64,000 bases of DNA, taken from NCBI GenBank assembly GCA_965242925.1, contig CBDEUM010000030.1:311172-375171 (forward strand), given 5' to 3'. Origin of the DNA: Roseibacillus sp. Its GTDB lineage: Bacteria > Verrucomicrobiota > Verrucomicrobiia > Verrucomicrobiales > Akkermansiaceae. Position numbers and translations under genes: made by a program. The notes beneath the pieces are model-generated. The model was given only the letters and a program-made list of their open reading frames with translations, made no database searches and had not been told where the DNA came from. How positions within the stretch are numbered: position 1 is the stretch's first letter; every line of letters starts with the position of its first letter. Shown here piece by piece: positions 31,084 through 42,300 of this stretch.

Positions 31084-32052
31084 TCAGCTGGCGAGAATCC
31101 TGGCAAGCTCCAGCAGGTTCGCGGGCAGCTCGCGCGTCTCTTTCCAGGCCAGCTCGAGCTCGACCAGGGTGACCTGTCCATTTCGACTCGCCACCAGCTT
31201 CGAGGACTCTCCCGATAGCAGCGCGTCAACCGCAGCCTTTCCGAAGAGCCCTCCCTGGACCCTGTCAGCGGCGCTGGGAGCGCCGCCGCGCTGGATGTAG
31301 CCCAGGACCGAGACGCGCGGATCGTAGCCTGACTGGTCGGAGATCTTCCGGGCGATCTCATAGGCGTTTCCCGCGTCGTCTCCCTCGGCGACCACCACGA
31401 TGCTGGAGACCTTGCCGGCCTCGCGGCAGCGCTCGAGCTGGGCACAGAGCGCTGTGATATCCGTCGGCACCTCCGGCACCAGGACTCCCTCGGCGCCGCA
31501 GGCGAGCGCCACCTGGAGGGAGAGGAATCCCCGGTTGCGGCCCATGACCTCGACCAGGAAGAGCCGCTCGTGGGAGGTGGCCGTGTCGCGGATCTTGTCG
31601 ATGGCCTCTACCGCGGTATTGACGGCCGTGTCGAACCCGAGGGCATAGTCAGTTCCGCCCACATCATTATCGATGGTTTTCGGTATCCCGATGAGCGGCA
31701 GGTTGGTCTGGCGCGCGAGCTCCGAGGCGCCGTTCAGCGAGCCATCGCCTCCGATCACGACCAGGCCCTCAATTCCGCGTTCGAGGAGGTGGGAGGCGGC
31801 TTTCTCCCGCGCCTCGGGTTCCCTGAATTCCGGACAGCGGCTGGAGCGGAGAACGGTTCCACCCAGGTTGACGATTCCCGCCACGCTGCGGGCATCCATG
31901 CGCTCCATCTCATTATCGATCAGGCCTCGCCACCCGCGGTGGACCCCGATGGTCTCGATGCCGCCGGCAAGGGCCGTTCTTACAACGGCGCGAATGCAGG
32001 GATTCAGGCCCGGGCAATCTCCTCCGCTGGTCAGCAGTGCTATTCGTTTCAA
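31084..32052 (-). CDS. pfkA: ATP-dependent 6-phosphofructokinase
   Basis: KRIALLTSGGDCPGLN, GGTVLRSSR, IGGDGS, PKTIDND, EVMGR, LGYIQRGG; TTG start at 32052 gives 322 aa. Confidence 0.95.
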   Translation of the reverse strand: MKRIALLTSGGDCPGLNPCIRAVVRTALAGGIETIGVHRGWRGLIDNEMERMDARSVAGIVNLGGTVLRSSRCPEFREPEAREKAASHLLERGIEGLVVIGGDGSLNGASELARQTNLPLIGIPKTIDNDVGGTDYALGFDTAVNTAVEAIDKIRDTATSHERLFLVEVMGRNRGFLSLQVALACGAEGVLVPEVPTDITALCAQLERCREAGKVSSIVVVAEGDDAGNAYEIARKISDQSGYDPRVSVLGYIQRGGAPSAADRVQGGLFGKAAVDALLSGESSKLVASRNGQVTLVELELAWKETRELPANLLELARILAS

Positions 32053-32290
32053 GTGCGGGGGGGGGGTACTCAGCAGCCAAGGTCCTCGTCGGTTGGATCC
32101 ATTGCGGCCCTGGCTGCCAGGGAATTTCTTTTTCGGGCTATGTTTCCTGGAGGCTGAGGAGCCGGGGTAGGTGGGGGGGTGCAGGCTTCGTTGGTCGCGG
32201 CTAGGCACCGCTGATGCCGGCGGCGATTGGCCAGAAGGATAAACTAGCCGGGTGAAAATGCCACATCAAAGCCTAGTCCCCGCTTGCCCC

Positions 32291-33706
32291 CTACGCCAGG
32301 ATCGCCTTCACCACCTTGGCTGGTTCCACCCCGGTGAGGCGGAAGTCGAGCCCTTGGAACTTGTAGCTGAACTTGCGGTAGTCGATGCCGAAGAGGTGCA
32401 GGAGGGTCGCGTGGAAGTCGTGCACCGTGACCACATCCTTTTCCGCGTTGTAGCCCAGGTCGTCGGTCGCGCCGTGGCTCACACCGCCCTTGATCCCGCC
32501 GCCCGCAAACCACATCGAGAATCCCTTGATGTGGTGGTCGCGTCCGTTGCCCTGCGCCATGGGAGTACGGCCGAACTCGCCGCCCCAGATCACCAGGGTG
32601 TCGTCCAGCATGCCGCGCTCCTTGAGATCTTTGATCAAGGCTGCGCTGCCCTGATCCACCAGGCGTGCAGTGTTCTGCGTGCCCCCCTTCACCCCGCCGT
32701 GGTGATCCCAACCGCGATGATAGAGTTGGATAAAGCGCACACCGCGTTCGGCCAGACGACGCGCGAGCAGACAATTCGATGCAAAGGAGCCATCCCCCGG
32801 CTTGGCGCCATACATGTCGAGGACGTGCTTGGGCTCATTCGAGACATCCATCAGGCCCGGCACCGAGGCCTGCATCTTGAACGCCATCTCGTACTGCGCA
32901 ATGCGGGCCGCGATCTCCGGATCGTCAACTTCGCCGTCGTGAATCTGATTCAAAGCGTTCACGGTATCAACCACCGAGCGCTGGTCCTCGCGGGAGACTC
33001 CCTGCGGATTGCCCACGTAGAGCACCGGATCACCCTTGGCATGGAAGGGGACACCCTGGAACCGGCTCGGAAGGAACCCGCTGTGCCACTGCCGGGCCGC
33101 GATGGGTTGGCTTTGGCCTCCTCCCACCGACGTGAGAACCACGTAGCCCGGCAGGTCATCGGTCTCTGCTCCCAGCCCGTAGAGAAGCCAGGACCCCATA
33201 CACGGGCGACCGGAAATCTGCGTGCCCGTATTCATAAAGGTGTGGGCCGGATCGTGATTGATTTGCTCCGTCACCAGCGACCGCACGATAGCGATCTCGT
33301 CCGCCACCTCGCCAATGCGCGGGAAGATGGAACTGATATGCTGTCCGCTCTTCCCAAAGTTCTTGAACTCGTGCTGTGGTCCCAGGCACTTCAGGTTATT
33401 CCGGCTACCCTGTAACTGCGCGATGGGCTGACCCTCGGTAATCGACTTGGGCATGTCCTTGCCGTTCATCTCCGCAAGCTTGGGCTTGTAATCGAGGGTC
33501 TCAAGGTGGGAGGGGCCGCCCGCCATGCACAGGTGAATGACTCGCTTGGCCCGGGGAAGAAGGTGCGGCTTCTTGATCACACCGGTCCATTTCTCGGCTT
33601 CAGCGGCACGGGATTCTTGCAGGATCGACGCGAGCGCAAGAGCACCGATCCCTGTCGTCGACTTGTTGAGGAAGGAGCGGCGGTTCAGATAGTTGGGAAA
33701 GTCCAT
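32291..33706 (-). CDS. DUF1501 domain protein with Tat-like N-terminus
   Basis: [57 protein letters not shown]. Confidence 0.93.
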   Translation of the reverse strand: MDFPNYLNRRSFLNKSTTGIGALALASILQESRAAEAEKWTGVIKKPHLLPRAKRVIHLCMAGGPSHLETLDYKPKLAEMNGKDMPKSITEGQPIAQLQGSRNNLKCLGPQHEFKNFGKSGQHISSIFPRIGEVADEIAIVRSLVTEQINHDPAHTFMNTGTQISGRPCMGSWLLYGLGAETDDLPGYVVLTSVGGGQSQPIAARQWHSGFLPSRFQGVPFHAKGDPVLYVGNPQGVSREDQRSVVDTVNALNQIHDGEVDDPEIAARIAQYEMAFKMQASVPGLMDVSNEPKHVLDMYGAKPGDGSFASNCLLARRLAERGVRFIQLYHRGWDHHGGVKGGTQNTARLVDQGSAALIKDLKERGMLDDTLVIWGGEFGRTPMAQGNGRDHHIKGFSMWFAGGGIKGGVSHGATDDLGYNAEKDVVTVHDFHATLLHLFGIDYRKFSYKFQGLDFRLTGVEPAKVVKAILA

Positions 33707-33740
33707 GGAGTTCGCTGTTCAGAGTTCGGTCTTCAGCGGC

Positions 33741-36668
33741 CTACTGCCGCGTGATGGTCTCGTGAAGATTGAGAATGGTTCGGGCGACCGTAGTCCAAGC
33801 TGCCAGTTCGGCGACCGGAAGATCGGTCGGGGCAGGACGAAGACCAACGGAGAGGAGTTGTTTGCCGGCAGCGCCATCCGCGAGGTAGCGCTTGAATTGA
33901 GCCACCTGCAAATCGGCCACGATCTTGAGGTCACGATCGCTGGGCGGACGCGAGAGCGCTTCGAGGAAAGCCCAACGAATGCGGGCCACCGCATCGTCAC
34001 CACCCTCTTTCATGATGCGCTCCCCGAGGGCGCGCGCCGCTTCCACGTAGGTCGGGTCGTTGAGGAGCACGAGGGCCTGCAAGGGCGTGTTCGAACGCGG
34101 CCGCTCCGCCGTGCACTCCTCCCGCGACGGCGCATCGAAGGCCAGCAGGCTGGGGTGCAGGAAGCTGCGTTGCCAGTGAGTGTAAACAGCGCGGCGATAC
34201 TGACTCTCGCCGGAGTCCGGTGCCCACTTGCGGCCGGGGAAGTTGAGGTGGCGCCAATAGCCGGCGGGTTGATATGGTTTCACACTGCGGCCGCCGATTT
34301 GCTCGACCAGGATTCTCCCAAGGGCGAGCGCATTATCGCGCACCATCTCGGCATCCATGCGGAATCGCGACTGCCGCGCGAGAAGGATATTCAGAGCATC
34401 CCGCTCACGGCTCGCCACCGTGGACTTGGAACTCTGCGCGTAGGTCTTCGACGTCACGAGGAGCTTCGCCAGGCGCTTCACGTCCCAGCCGCTCTCCATG
34501 AAATCGACTGCCAGCCAATCGAGCAATTCGGGATGGCTGGGCCACTGGCCTTGCGCTCCCAGGTCATCAACGTTGCGCGAGAGTCCCGCGCCAAAGTAGA
34601 GCTTCCACACCCGGTTCACAAAAGCCCGGGCGGTGAGCGGATTCTCGCGATCGACCACCCAGTTGGCCAGGTCGAGCCGACTGGCCCGGCGCTCACCCGT
34701 ATCGAGTTTGCCCAGGAAGCCCGGGATCGCCGGAGTGACCTCGGGACCAGAGTCATCGAGCCAGTTTCCGCGCGGTAGGATTCGCATCGTGCGTGGGGTC
34801 GTCGCAGTGGTCACCAGGGTGCGGGGCAGTTTCTTGGAAAACTCCGCCTTTTCCCGCTTGGCGGCCTCCACCTTGGCGCGAGCCTCCGCCAGTTCCGGCG
34901 AGACCGAGAGGTAGTAGTCGGCCACCGCGGTCTTTTCCTCGGCGGAGCGTTGATCCGCTGGCTTCTTCACGATGGCCACGATGTTGGCGGGCACGTGACT
35001 GCCCCCCGCCTTGAAGTAGAAGCCCGCTCCCCCACCGTGGTTCACGATCTTCATGAGATACTGGTTGTTCCCTTTCTTGAGCGAGACCGTGATCTTCTCC
35101 TGATCGGCCGCCGCTCCGCGCCCGACGTTCTTGCTCAGTTGCTCCGTGCTGTTCACCCAAACGCGAATCCCGTCATCGGATCCCAGCGAAAGGGCCAGCT
35201 GGGTCGGCAGCGGTGCCGTGATGGTGCGATAGAGATACCAGGCCGCGTTCCCGTCTCCCGGAAGGGCATGAACGTTCCCATCGGGAAAATCGGTCCGCTT
35301 TTGCCACCTCTTGCCGTTGAGCGCGGCCTTTGCATCGACCTTCGTTTCCGGTCCAAAGGCCGTGTCAAACACCTTGTTAGCATCGCCGCCGGTAAACGGT
35401 CCGATGAGGTGCCAGTCTCCGAGGCTGGGCTCGATCGATGACGCAATGCTCTTCTCCCACTCCGCCTGCGCTTTTGCGAAACCGGGCGTGCCCGATCGCG
35501 CCTCTTTGGAGAGCTGGGCAATCCTGGCATCGAGCTCAGCGCCGCGTTTCTTGTAGTTGCCGGAAGCCACCGGCATGTAACCCTCCCGACCGCCCACCCC
35601 CTTCTCTTTCACGTCGGCGAAGAAGGCCGCCATCGAATAAAAGTCCTTGGCCGTGTAGGGATCGTACTTGTGATCGTGGCATTGCGCGCAGCCGAGCGTA
35701 CTCCCCAGCCACGCTCCGGAAATACTCCGCACGCGATCGGCGGCATAGATCGCAACGTACTCCTTGGCCTGGGCTCCGCCTTCCGCGGTCGTCTGCAGCA
35801 GGCGATTATATCCCGAGGCCACTTTCTGCTCCGAGGTGGCGTTCGGAAGGAGGTCCCCCGCTATTTGCCAGCGCGTGAACTCATCGAAACCTTGATTGGC
35901 ATTGAAGGCCTCGATCACCCATTCGCGATAGGGATAGACATCCATCGGGTTGTCGCTGTGGTATCCGATCGAATCCGCATAGCGCACCAAATCGAGCCAG
36001 AAGACCGCCATGCGTTCTCCATAGCGAGGGCTGTCGAGCAAGCGGTCGGCCGCTGCTGCAAGCGCTCCCGGGAGATCCGTGGCAGCATGCTTCCTGAAGG
36101 CCGCGACCTGATCCTGTGTGGGAGGGAGGCCGGTGAGGTCAAAGCTCAGTCGGCGCAAGAGAGTGTGCAACTCGGCCGGGGCCGAAGCCTTGAGGCCCTC
36201 GGCATCGAGCCGGGTCCCGATAAAGTGATCAACCGGATGCGCGCCCTTGGGCAACGAGGTCTTGCGAGGAAGATCGTAGGACCAGTGGCCCTCCCATTCC
36301 GCCCCCTGCTCAATCCACTTCTTGATAAGCGCAATCTCCTCCGGCTTCAGTTTCTTCTCCGTCTTGGGCGGAGGCATGACGTCCTCCCTGTCCTCGGTGA
36401 GAAGACGGAAGAGCAGCTCGCTGTCGTCCGGCTTCCCCGGAACGACTGCAATGATCCCCTTGCGGTCGGCGTAGATCCCGCCCTCTTTCACATCCAGCCG
36501 GAGCTTGGCCTTCCGTTCGTGTTCGTCCGGCCCGTGACAGGCAAAGCAGTTCTCGGAGAGAATGGGACGAATATCCCGGTCGTAGCGGATGCGTCCTTCG
36601 GCCGACAGGGCGACCGACGAGCCCACGGCAAGAAACGCAGCGGAAAGCGTAATGGCAGAATTCCTCAT
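33741..36668 (-). CDS. Planctomycete cytochrome c + DUF1549 + inserted beta-sandwich + DUF1553 protein
   Basis: IRPILSENCFACHGPD (CxxCH), CAQCHDHKYDP, insert WHLIGPF...LGSDDGIRVWVN...LKKGNNQYLMKI, NPLTARAFVNRVW, SNTPLQAL. Confidence 0.92.
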   Translation of the reverse strand: MRNSAITLSAAFLAVGSSVALSAEGRIRYDRDIRPILSENCFACHGPDEHERKAKLRLDVKEGGIYADRKGIIAVVPGKPDDSELLFRLLTEDREDVMPPPKTEKKLKPEEIALIKKWIEQGAEWEGHWSYDLPRKTSLPKGAHPVDHFIGTRLDAEGLKASAPAELHTLLRRLSFDLTGLPPTQDQVAAFRKHAATDLPGALAAAADRLLDSPRYGERMAVFWLDLVRYADSIGYHSDNPMDVYPYREWVIEAFNANQGFDEFTRWQIAGDLLPNATSEQKVASGYNRLLQTTAEGGAQAKEYVAIYAADRVRSISGAWLGSTLGCAQCHDHKYDPYTAKDFYSMAAFFADVKEKGVGGREGYMPVASGNYKKRGAELDARIAQLSKEARSGTPGFAKAQAEWEKSIASSIEPSLGDWHLIGPFTGGDANKVFDTAFGPETKVDAKAALNGKRWQKRTDFPDGNVHALPGDGNAAWYLYRTITAPLPTQLALSLGSDDGIRVWVNSTEQLSKNVGRGAAADQEKITVSLKKGNNQYLMKIVNHGGGAGFYFKAGGSHVPANIVAIVKKPADQRSAEEKTAVADYYLSVSPELAEARAKVEAAKREKAEFSKKLPRTLVTTATTPRTMRILPRGNWLDDSGPEVTPAIPGFLGKLDTGERRASRLDLANWVVDRENPLTARAFVNRVWKLYFGAGLSRNVDDLGAQGQWPSHPELLDWLAVDFMESGWDVKRLAKLLVTSKTYAQSSKSTVASRERDALNILLARQSRFRMDAEMVRDNALALGRILVEQIGGRSVKPYQPAGYWRHLNFPGRKWAPDSGESQYRRAVYTHWQRSFLHPSLLAFDAPSREECTAERPRSNTPLQALVLLNDPTYVEAARALGERIMKEGGDDAVARIRWAFLEALSRPPSDRDLKIVADLQVAQFKRYLADGAAGKQLLSVGLRPAPTDLPVAELAAWTTVARTILNLHETITRQ

Positions 36669-36980
36669 GAGACGATCAGGGAATGTCGGAGAAGAATGCC
36701 GGTTTTAGAATCAAATTCGTCTCCCTCCCCTGAAAGCATGAACGAAATGGATGCGGGCGGGGAACACCAGAGGGAACGAACCGGGCTGCGCTCCGTCCAG
36801 CGGCCTGCTCCCCCTCCTTCCCCGCCCGACAGGCGACCAGGGACGCCGGGGTCAGAAAAACGATTCCTTAGCTATCGAAGCCGCAGAAAGAAGGTGGCGA
36901 AACTTGCGGCCGGAAAACAGGCTGCGGTTGAGAAACTGCGAGCGTGACGCACCGCTGACGGGAGCGGAGACTGCCTCGGC

Positions 36981-37931
36981 ATGATCGTCACCCCTTCGCA
37001 ATCCGAGCTCTGGTCTGCCGGGGAACAGGTTTGCCGGCAGTTCGAGCTTGGCGAGGTCCGCCAACTCGAGGCTCTCCCGCATCAGGGGTACTCGAACTTC
37101 AATGCCCGGCTCGACACGGATCGGGGAACTTACGTCCTGCGGCGCTACACTGAGCAACCGGCGGAGAAGATCACCCACGAGCTTCGGTTGATCGACTGGC
37201 TGGATGGGCAGGGCCTTCCGGTGGTCCCTCCCCTCCGCGATCCCGACGGGAGGGCGAGGTGCACACCGGATCGGGACCACCCTGCTCCATGGGTCGTGTT
37301 TCCCTTCGTGGACGGAGAGGAACCGGAGCCACTCCCCACAACCGCGCGCAAAATGGGAGAACTGGCGGCTCGGCTCCACCAGATCCCGGAGCGACCCTGG
37401 AAGGATGGAGATCGCGAGAACCTGCTCTCGGTGCGGGCCACCCTCACGATTGCGGACTCCCTGCGCGAGACGGAGACGAGTTCGGCCCGGCACTTCCTGC
37501 AGGTGGTGGACCTGCTGGCACCCGGGGTGCACGATTTGAATCTTCCCACCGGCCTGGTGCACGGCGACCTCTTTCCCGACAACACCATCTTCCGGGAGGG
37601 CAACCTGGTAGCGGTGCTCGACTGGGAGGAAGCCTGTGTCGACCACTACCTGTTCGATCTCGCCATGGCGATGCACGGATTCTGCTACGTCGCCGAAGAA
37701 TGGCGCCCAGACCTCGCCCGCAGCTTCCTGGCGGGATACGAAGCGGGCCGGCCTCTCGATCGGGTCGAACGCGGGAGCCTGCCGCTCTTCCTTCGCTGGA
37801 CTCCCCTCGCGATGGCAGGTTGGCACCTCCGTCGCTACTCGCTCGCGCCCAGTCCCCGGCAAGCCAGGCGCATCGACCAATTGCTACGACGGGCCGAGAC
37901 CGTCTTCGACTGCGATCCTCTCTTCCCATGA
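36981..37931 (+). CDS. Homoserine kinase type II-like phosphotransferase (APH family)
   Basis: G.SNFN, YVLRRY, LARLH-like motif, LPTGLVHGDLFPDN, LDWEEA. Confidence 0.8.
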   Translation: MIVTPSQSELWSAGEQVCRQFELGEVRQLEALPHQGYSNFNARLDTDRGTYVLRRYTEQPAEKITHELRLIDWLDGQGLPVVPPLRDPDGRARCTPDRDHPAPWVVFPFVDGEEPEPLPTTARKMGELAARLHQIPERPWKDGDRENLLSVRATLTIADSLRETETSSARHFLQVVDLLAPGVHDLNLPTGLVHGDLFPDNTIFREGNLVAVLDWEEACVDHYLFDLAMAMHGFCYVAEEWRPDLARSFLAGYEAGRPLDRVERGSLPLFLRWTPLAMAGWHLRRYSLAPSPRQARRIDQLLRRAETVFDCDPLFP

Positions 37932-38204
37932 CTCGCGCAACCCTGTTTTTTGAGGGTGAAGGTGATCGGAGAGAACGAATCGAGGCCATCCCTCGTTTCT
38001 GAACTCCATGCAAACTCTCAACGCCTCCAACCCCTCACGAAGACAGAATGCCCCTTGTCCCTGTCCCGGCTGCATGACGGAAAGCCCAGGGGATTACTAC
38101 CCTGAGAGGTCAACGGCATCAAGTGACGGCGCCAAAGCCAGCGACCGCACTGAATTTTACCAGTAGCCGGAGGCGGAACCTGATGCCCGGCCCGTTCTTG
38201 CCAA

Positions 38205-39047
38205 TCAGGATCGGCGCCGACGAAGGCCCAGACCAAGGGCCCCGAGGCCCAGGAGCGTCAGTCCGCTCGGTTCCGGAACGAGTGCGGCCCAGCTGGCTGG
38301 ATCTACCAACATGAAGTTATCGATATTGAAAGCCGCGGCAGTTGTTCCCTCCGCCGCCCAGATATTGACCCCCTGGATTTGGTTTGGAAAGTCTCCGCCA
38401 TTGTTCCAGGGACCAATATAGAACAGGTCCCCACCGTAGCGAGCCTCGGCCGTATTCGCATCGAGATCGATGTCAACTCTTACGTTGACCCACTCGTCCT
38501 GGCGGAGCGAAAGCTGCGTGCTACCGGAGTCATAAAATCTCCCGCTCGTTCCGTTCCCCTGAAAGTGGAAGCCTTCCTGAAACACACCGGAGCCGGTTGC
38601 CCCACGGCTGATATAGATGTGTGCCGTCCCGTCGTATTCGCTCGGTTGGTAGATATCAAACGACAGAATCCATTGCCCGGAGTGGCGCGCTTCAGTCAGG
38701 TCCAAGTAGGCATCAGAGCCATAGCCAGGGTTCGTCGAGAACTCGAGCGACTGCGATCCCCCACTGGCACGCGTGTTGACAACATTGGTGGGACGGGGGG
38801 TCCCCCCGAAATCGGTCCAACCATTATTCCACCAGCAGCCATCACCACCACAATTCCCCCATGGACCGGAGTCGAGGAAACCACCCTGGCCATCGACGTT
38901 GCCGAGATTAAGATCCTCGAAAGTGTAGTTATAACCGGCTTGCCGTCCTTCGGCCACGACCACAGTCCCACTCGCAGTCGAAGCAATCGAGATGCACCCG
39001 GCGGTCATTATTGCGGCACCGCCCAGGATGTTTTTGTTGAGTTTCAT
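38205..39047 (-). CDS. PEP-CTERM sorting domain protein
   Basis: Signal peptide; jelly-roll-like body; ends VPEPSGLTLLGLGALGLGLRRRRS. Confidence 0.92.
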   Translation of the reverse strand: MKLNKNILGGAAIMTAGCISIASTASGTVVVAEGRQAGYNYTFEDLNLGNVDGQGGFLDSGPWGNCGGDGCWWNNGWTDFGGTPRPTNVVNTRASGGSQSLEFSTNPGYGSDAYLDLTEARHSGQWILSFDIYQPSEYDGTAHIYISRGATGSGVFQEGFHFQGNGTSGRFYDSGSTQLSLRQDEWVNVRVDIDLDANTAEARYGGDLFYIGPWNNGGDFPNQIQGVNIWAAEGTTAAAFNIDNFMLVDPASWAALVPEPSGLTLLGLGALGLGLRRRRS

Positions 39048-39322
39048 GAGATGCACTGTGTGTTTTCAGCAAGACTTCGAAGGAAATATGTCAGCGGACA
39101 GGCCCGGGGGCCAAGCGGGATTCTGAGGTAATCAGGTTGTCCCTCAAGATTATTCTGAAGCATTCCGGGAAAATATCCCAAGGAAGGCCTCTGGACGACG
39201 TCGCACGAGAACGGCCAGAAAGAGGGCCGAAATAATCCGCAAAGACGGAAAAAAGGGGCCCGATGGCGCTGTCGATGAGGCCGCCATGAGCCGTTCGGGC
39301 CTCAATCTCTGCAATCCAAGTC

Positions 39323-42300
39323 TCAGTTGGCCATCTGAAGCCGAATGAACTGGCGGGGCTGATTGTCGAGCGGGGTAGTCGAGCGGAAGGTCCGCGTGCG
39401 GGTGCCATCACCGTTGTCGATGGGCGCTCCCACTTCGAGCATAAAGCCCGGCCCCGCCATCCAGTTGACCAAGTCATCAGAGCGCTGCACGGTATAGGTC
39501 ACTCCCGAGGCACCTGACCACTCCGTGTAGGTCAGGGAGAGATAGAACGCTCCTCCGTCCTCCACGATACCACCCTCCGGGAGCATGTTCCGATTGAGGT
39601 AGTCGTCCGGGGCGGTCCCCAGTGCAAATTCGAAGAAATTACTCCGACCATCCTGGTCGAGGTCGGCGTCGGGACCCGAGATAAACGGATCAGCCAGCTC
39701 GGCGGCGGTGAAATTGAGCGCGCGCCAGCCGAGGAAGGTGAGCGCGGTCCAGACCCCGTCGGGCGTTCCGTGAATACCGCGAGAAGCGCGCCAGTTGGCG
39801 GCCACGTCGTGATCGGGATTGGTGAGCGGATCGATGAGTTCGAGGCTGTAGCCGTCGCCATCCCCTGCCTCCGGCCAGGGCGCTTTGTCATTGTAGGTGA
39901 AGGATCGGATGACTGCATCATTGGCCCCGAGGATCTCGATGCGCTCACCGTCGTTGCTCAAATTGCCGTTGTACTCTCCGGCGATCACACTGGGTGAGAC
40001 GCCGGGATAACGCGCCCGAAACGCATCCCGGTGTTCGACCAAGAGCACGTTTTCGCCGGGATCCAGCCCGATCAACGGGTTAAGATGAAAATCGAAAGCG
40101 ATCCCATCAGTAAAGCGCACCTCGTTGAGGTGAATGGGCGCGTTGGAAATGTTGCGCAGTTCTACAAACTCAAAGTCAACCCGGCTGTAAATGTCACCGG
40201 GATCCTCCGTGACGCTTGGCGTGGACGGCCGGTAACTGAACTCAGTCACTGCCAGGTTGGTGTCATCGGCGGGCTCTCCGATAGTGTAGGCCACCGCATT
40301 GAGGGGCGACCACTGCCCACCCTGCAGGACCCGCGCATTGAGAACGGTGGTCTCGTTAACGGTCAGTTGCGAGGGGTTGGTGGGCAAGGTCAGGCCCAGG
40401 CTGAAATCGAAGGTCAGATCAGAACTGGATCCCAGAATCTGGTGAACCTCCACCGCCAACGTGTTTTCGCCATTCACCAGGAGGGCGACCGGAACATCGT
40501 TCTTGGTGTACCAGTCGTGCTCTCCGGGCGAACGCTGTCCTTCCAAGGCCGGCGTCTCGGAATTGATCGCGCCGCCCGGCATGTTGGAGCGCCAGACCTC
40601 GGTTCCGTTCAGGTAAACCACCGCGCCGTCGTCGCGTTTCAATTCCATGAAGATGGCGGAAACCTCGGTGGCGTCGGCCACCGTGAACTTGCGACGGAAA
40701 TAGGTCGTCATGTGCTTGTCCCCCGAATCCGGTCCGAAACTGACCACCGTCTGTTCGTCGGAGTCGCCGTAGCCGAGTTCGGCAGGCTCCTCCGCCCAGC
40801 CCGCGTCACGGAAGGCGGGCATGCGCCAGGCAGTTCCCTGGTCGCTTCCATCGTCGAGATACTTCCAGTCGGTGCTGCGGGCGATGGCGGTGGTGGTGGT
40901 CGAAGATCCGTTGTAGGCCTGAGCCACGGGATTCACCGCTCCCCCGGGGAGACGCGGATCGCTCCCGTCGGCGGTGACATAAATCGTTCCCGCCGGCGAA
41001 TTGATGATGGGTGAGAAGCCCACGTTCACCGAACCCCCGTGAGGAGTGAATTCCGGAGCATCCACCGGATACCAGCCCCGGGCGCGAAACTGGTCTAGCA
41101 GGACGGCGGTGCGCTGCGGCCAGAAGACATCCCGCATATAGTCCCACTCGGTGGTCCACTCTCCGTCGCGATCCCAGGGCAGGCGGGTGGCCGAACTCGG
41201 CTGCCAGCGCGCGGTCTCTGGAATGATCGCTTCAAAGAGCTCGTTCATGCGGTAATCGTGGTAGGGACGGGGTCCATTCGGGGTCAGGACCCCCCCGTGA
41301 AAGCAGTGCTTGTAAATCCGGTCGCGAAAGAAGACGCGGAAATCGTCGTGGTTCATCAGGGCGTTGAAGATTCCGTCCGGGGCATTTCGCCCCAGATTAT
41401 TCTCGTTCACGTCGTAAAGCATCACGTCACAATCCCAGGAATAGAACCGCCACCCCCCGACGCCCGGATTCTTCGGTCCCGCCGCCATCCAATTGTGCGC
41501 GGAGGTCCAATCCCAGTCGTTGCCGCAGTAGTAGTAGAGGAGCTGGTTGTCGGCGAGATGGGCCCAGTTGATCCAGTCTCTGGACCGCTGACCGCCCGCC
41601 GAAGCCGCGCTCTTCACCCTCGACCAGGTCGCGCTCCAGGAATCTCCCCCGCCGTGGTTGCTCCCGTTCCGGGCGGAGTTGGTGTAGTGGTAATCCTCCG
41701 GATCTCCCCCGTAATACTTGTCCATGTAGTGATGCATCGGGCGCTCGTGGATGTGGTAGATTCCGTGATAGACCCCGTTGAGATAGCAGTGGGCCCAGCG
41801 GCCGTGCAGCGACTGATGACCCATCACCATCTCCATGTCACTCACCCAGCGGTTGCGGACGTACTGCGCATCACCACGGAAGGTGTTTCCCGGGTTGCTC
41901 GGATGCGCCATCCAGAAGAAGTTGTCATGCGATCCGCTACGAAGCTGAAGGACGTCGAAGATCTCGCTCGCCCCCTGGGTGTAGGGATGGTTCGCAAAGA
42001 GCGGATAGCGCAGCTTGGGGACCCCATACTGACTGCGGAAGTAACAACGGAAGTTGTTCTTGGGTGATCCGGTGCTGGCCCCTCCTACGAGCTTGATCCC
42101 GCAATCGATCTGGAATCCCGGCTCACTCCCGTCGTTACTGATCAATTCGATGGAGGTCTCGCCCTCCGAGCCCCCGATCCCGCTCGGCTTGATGATCGAG
42201 ATGGCAGGCAGGGCATTGAGCCCGTCGTCCATCAGCGGGCCATACACCGGGTGATCCTTGATCGAAGAGAGGAAGCGACTCTGTCCCACCACGCCGTCGG

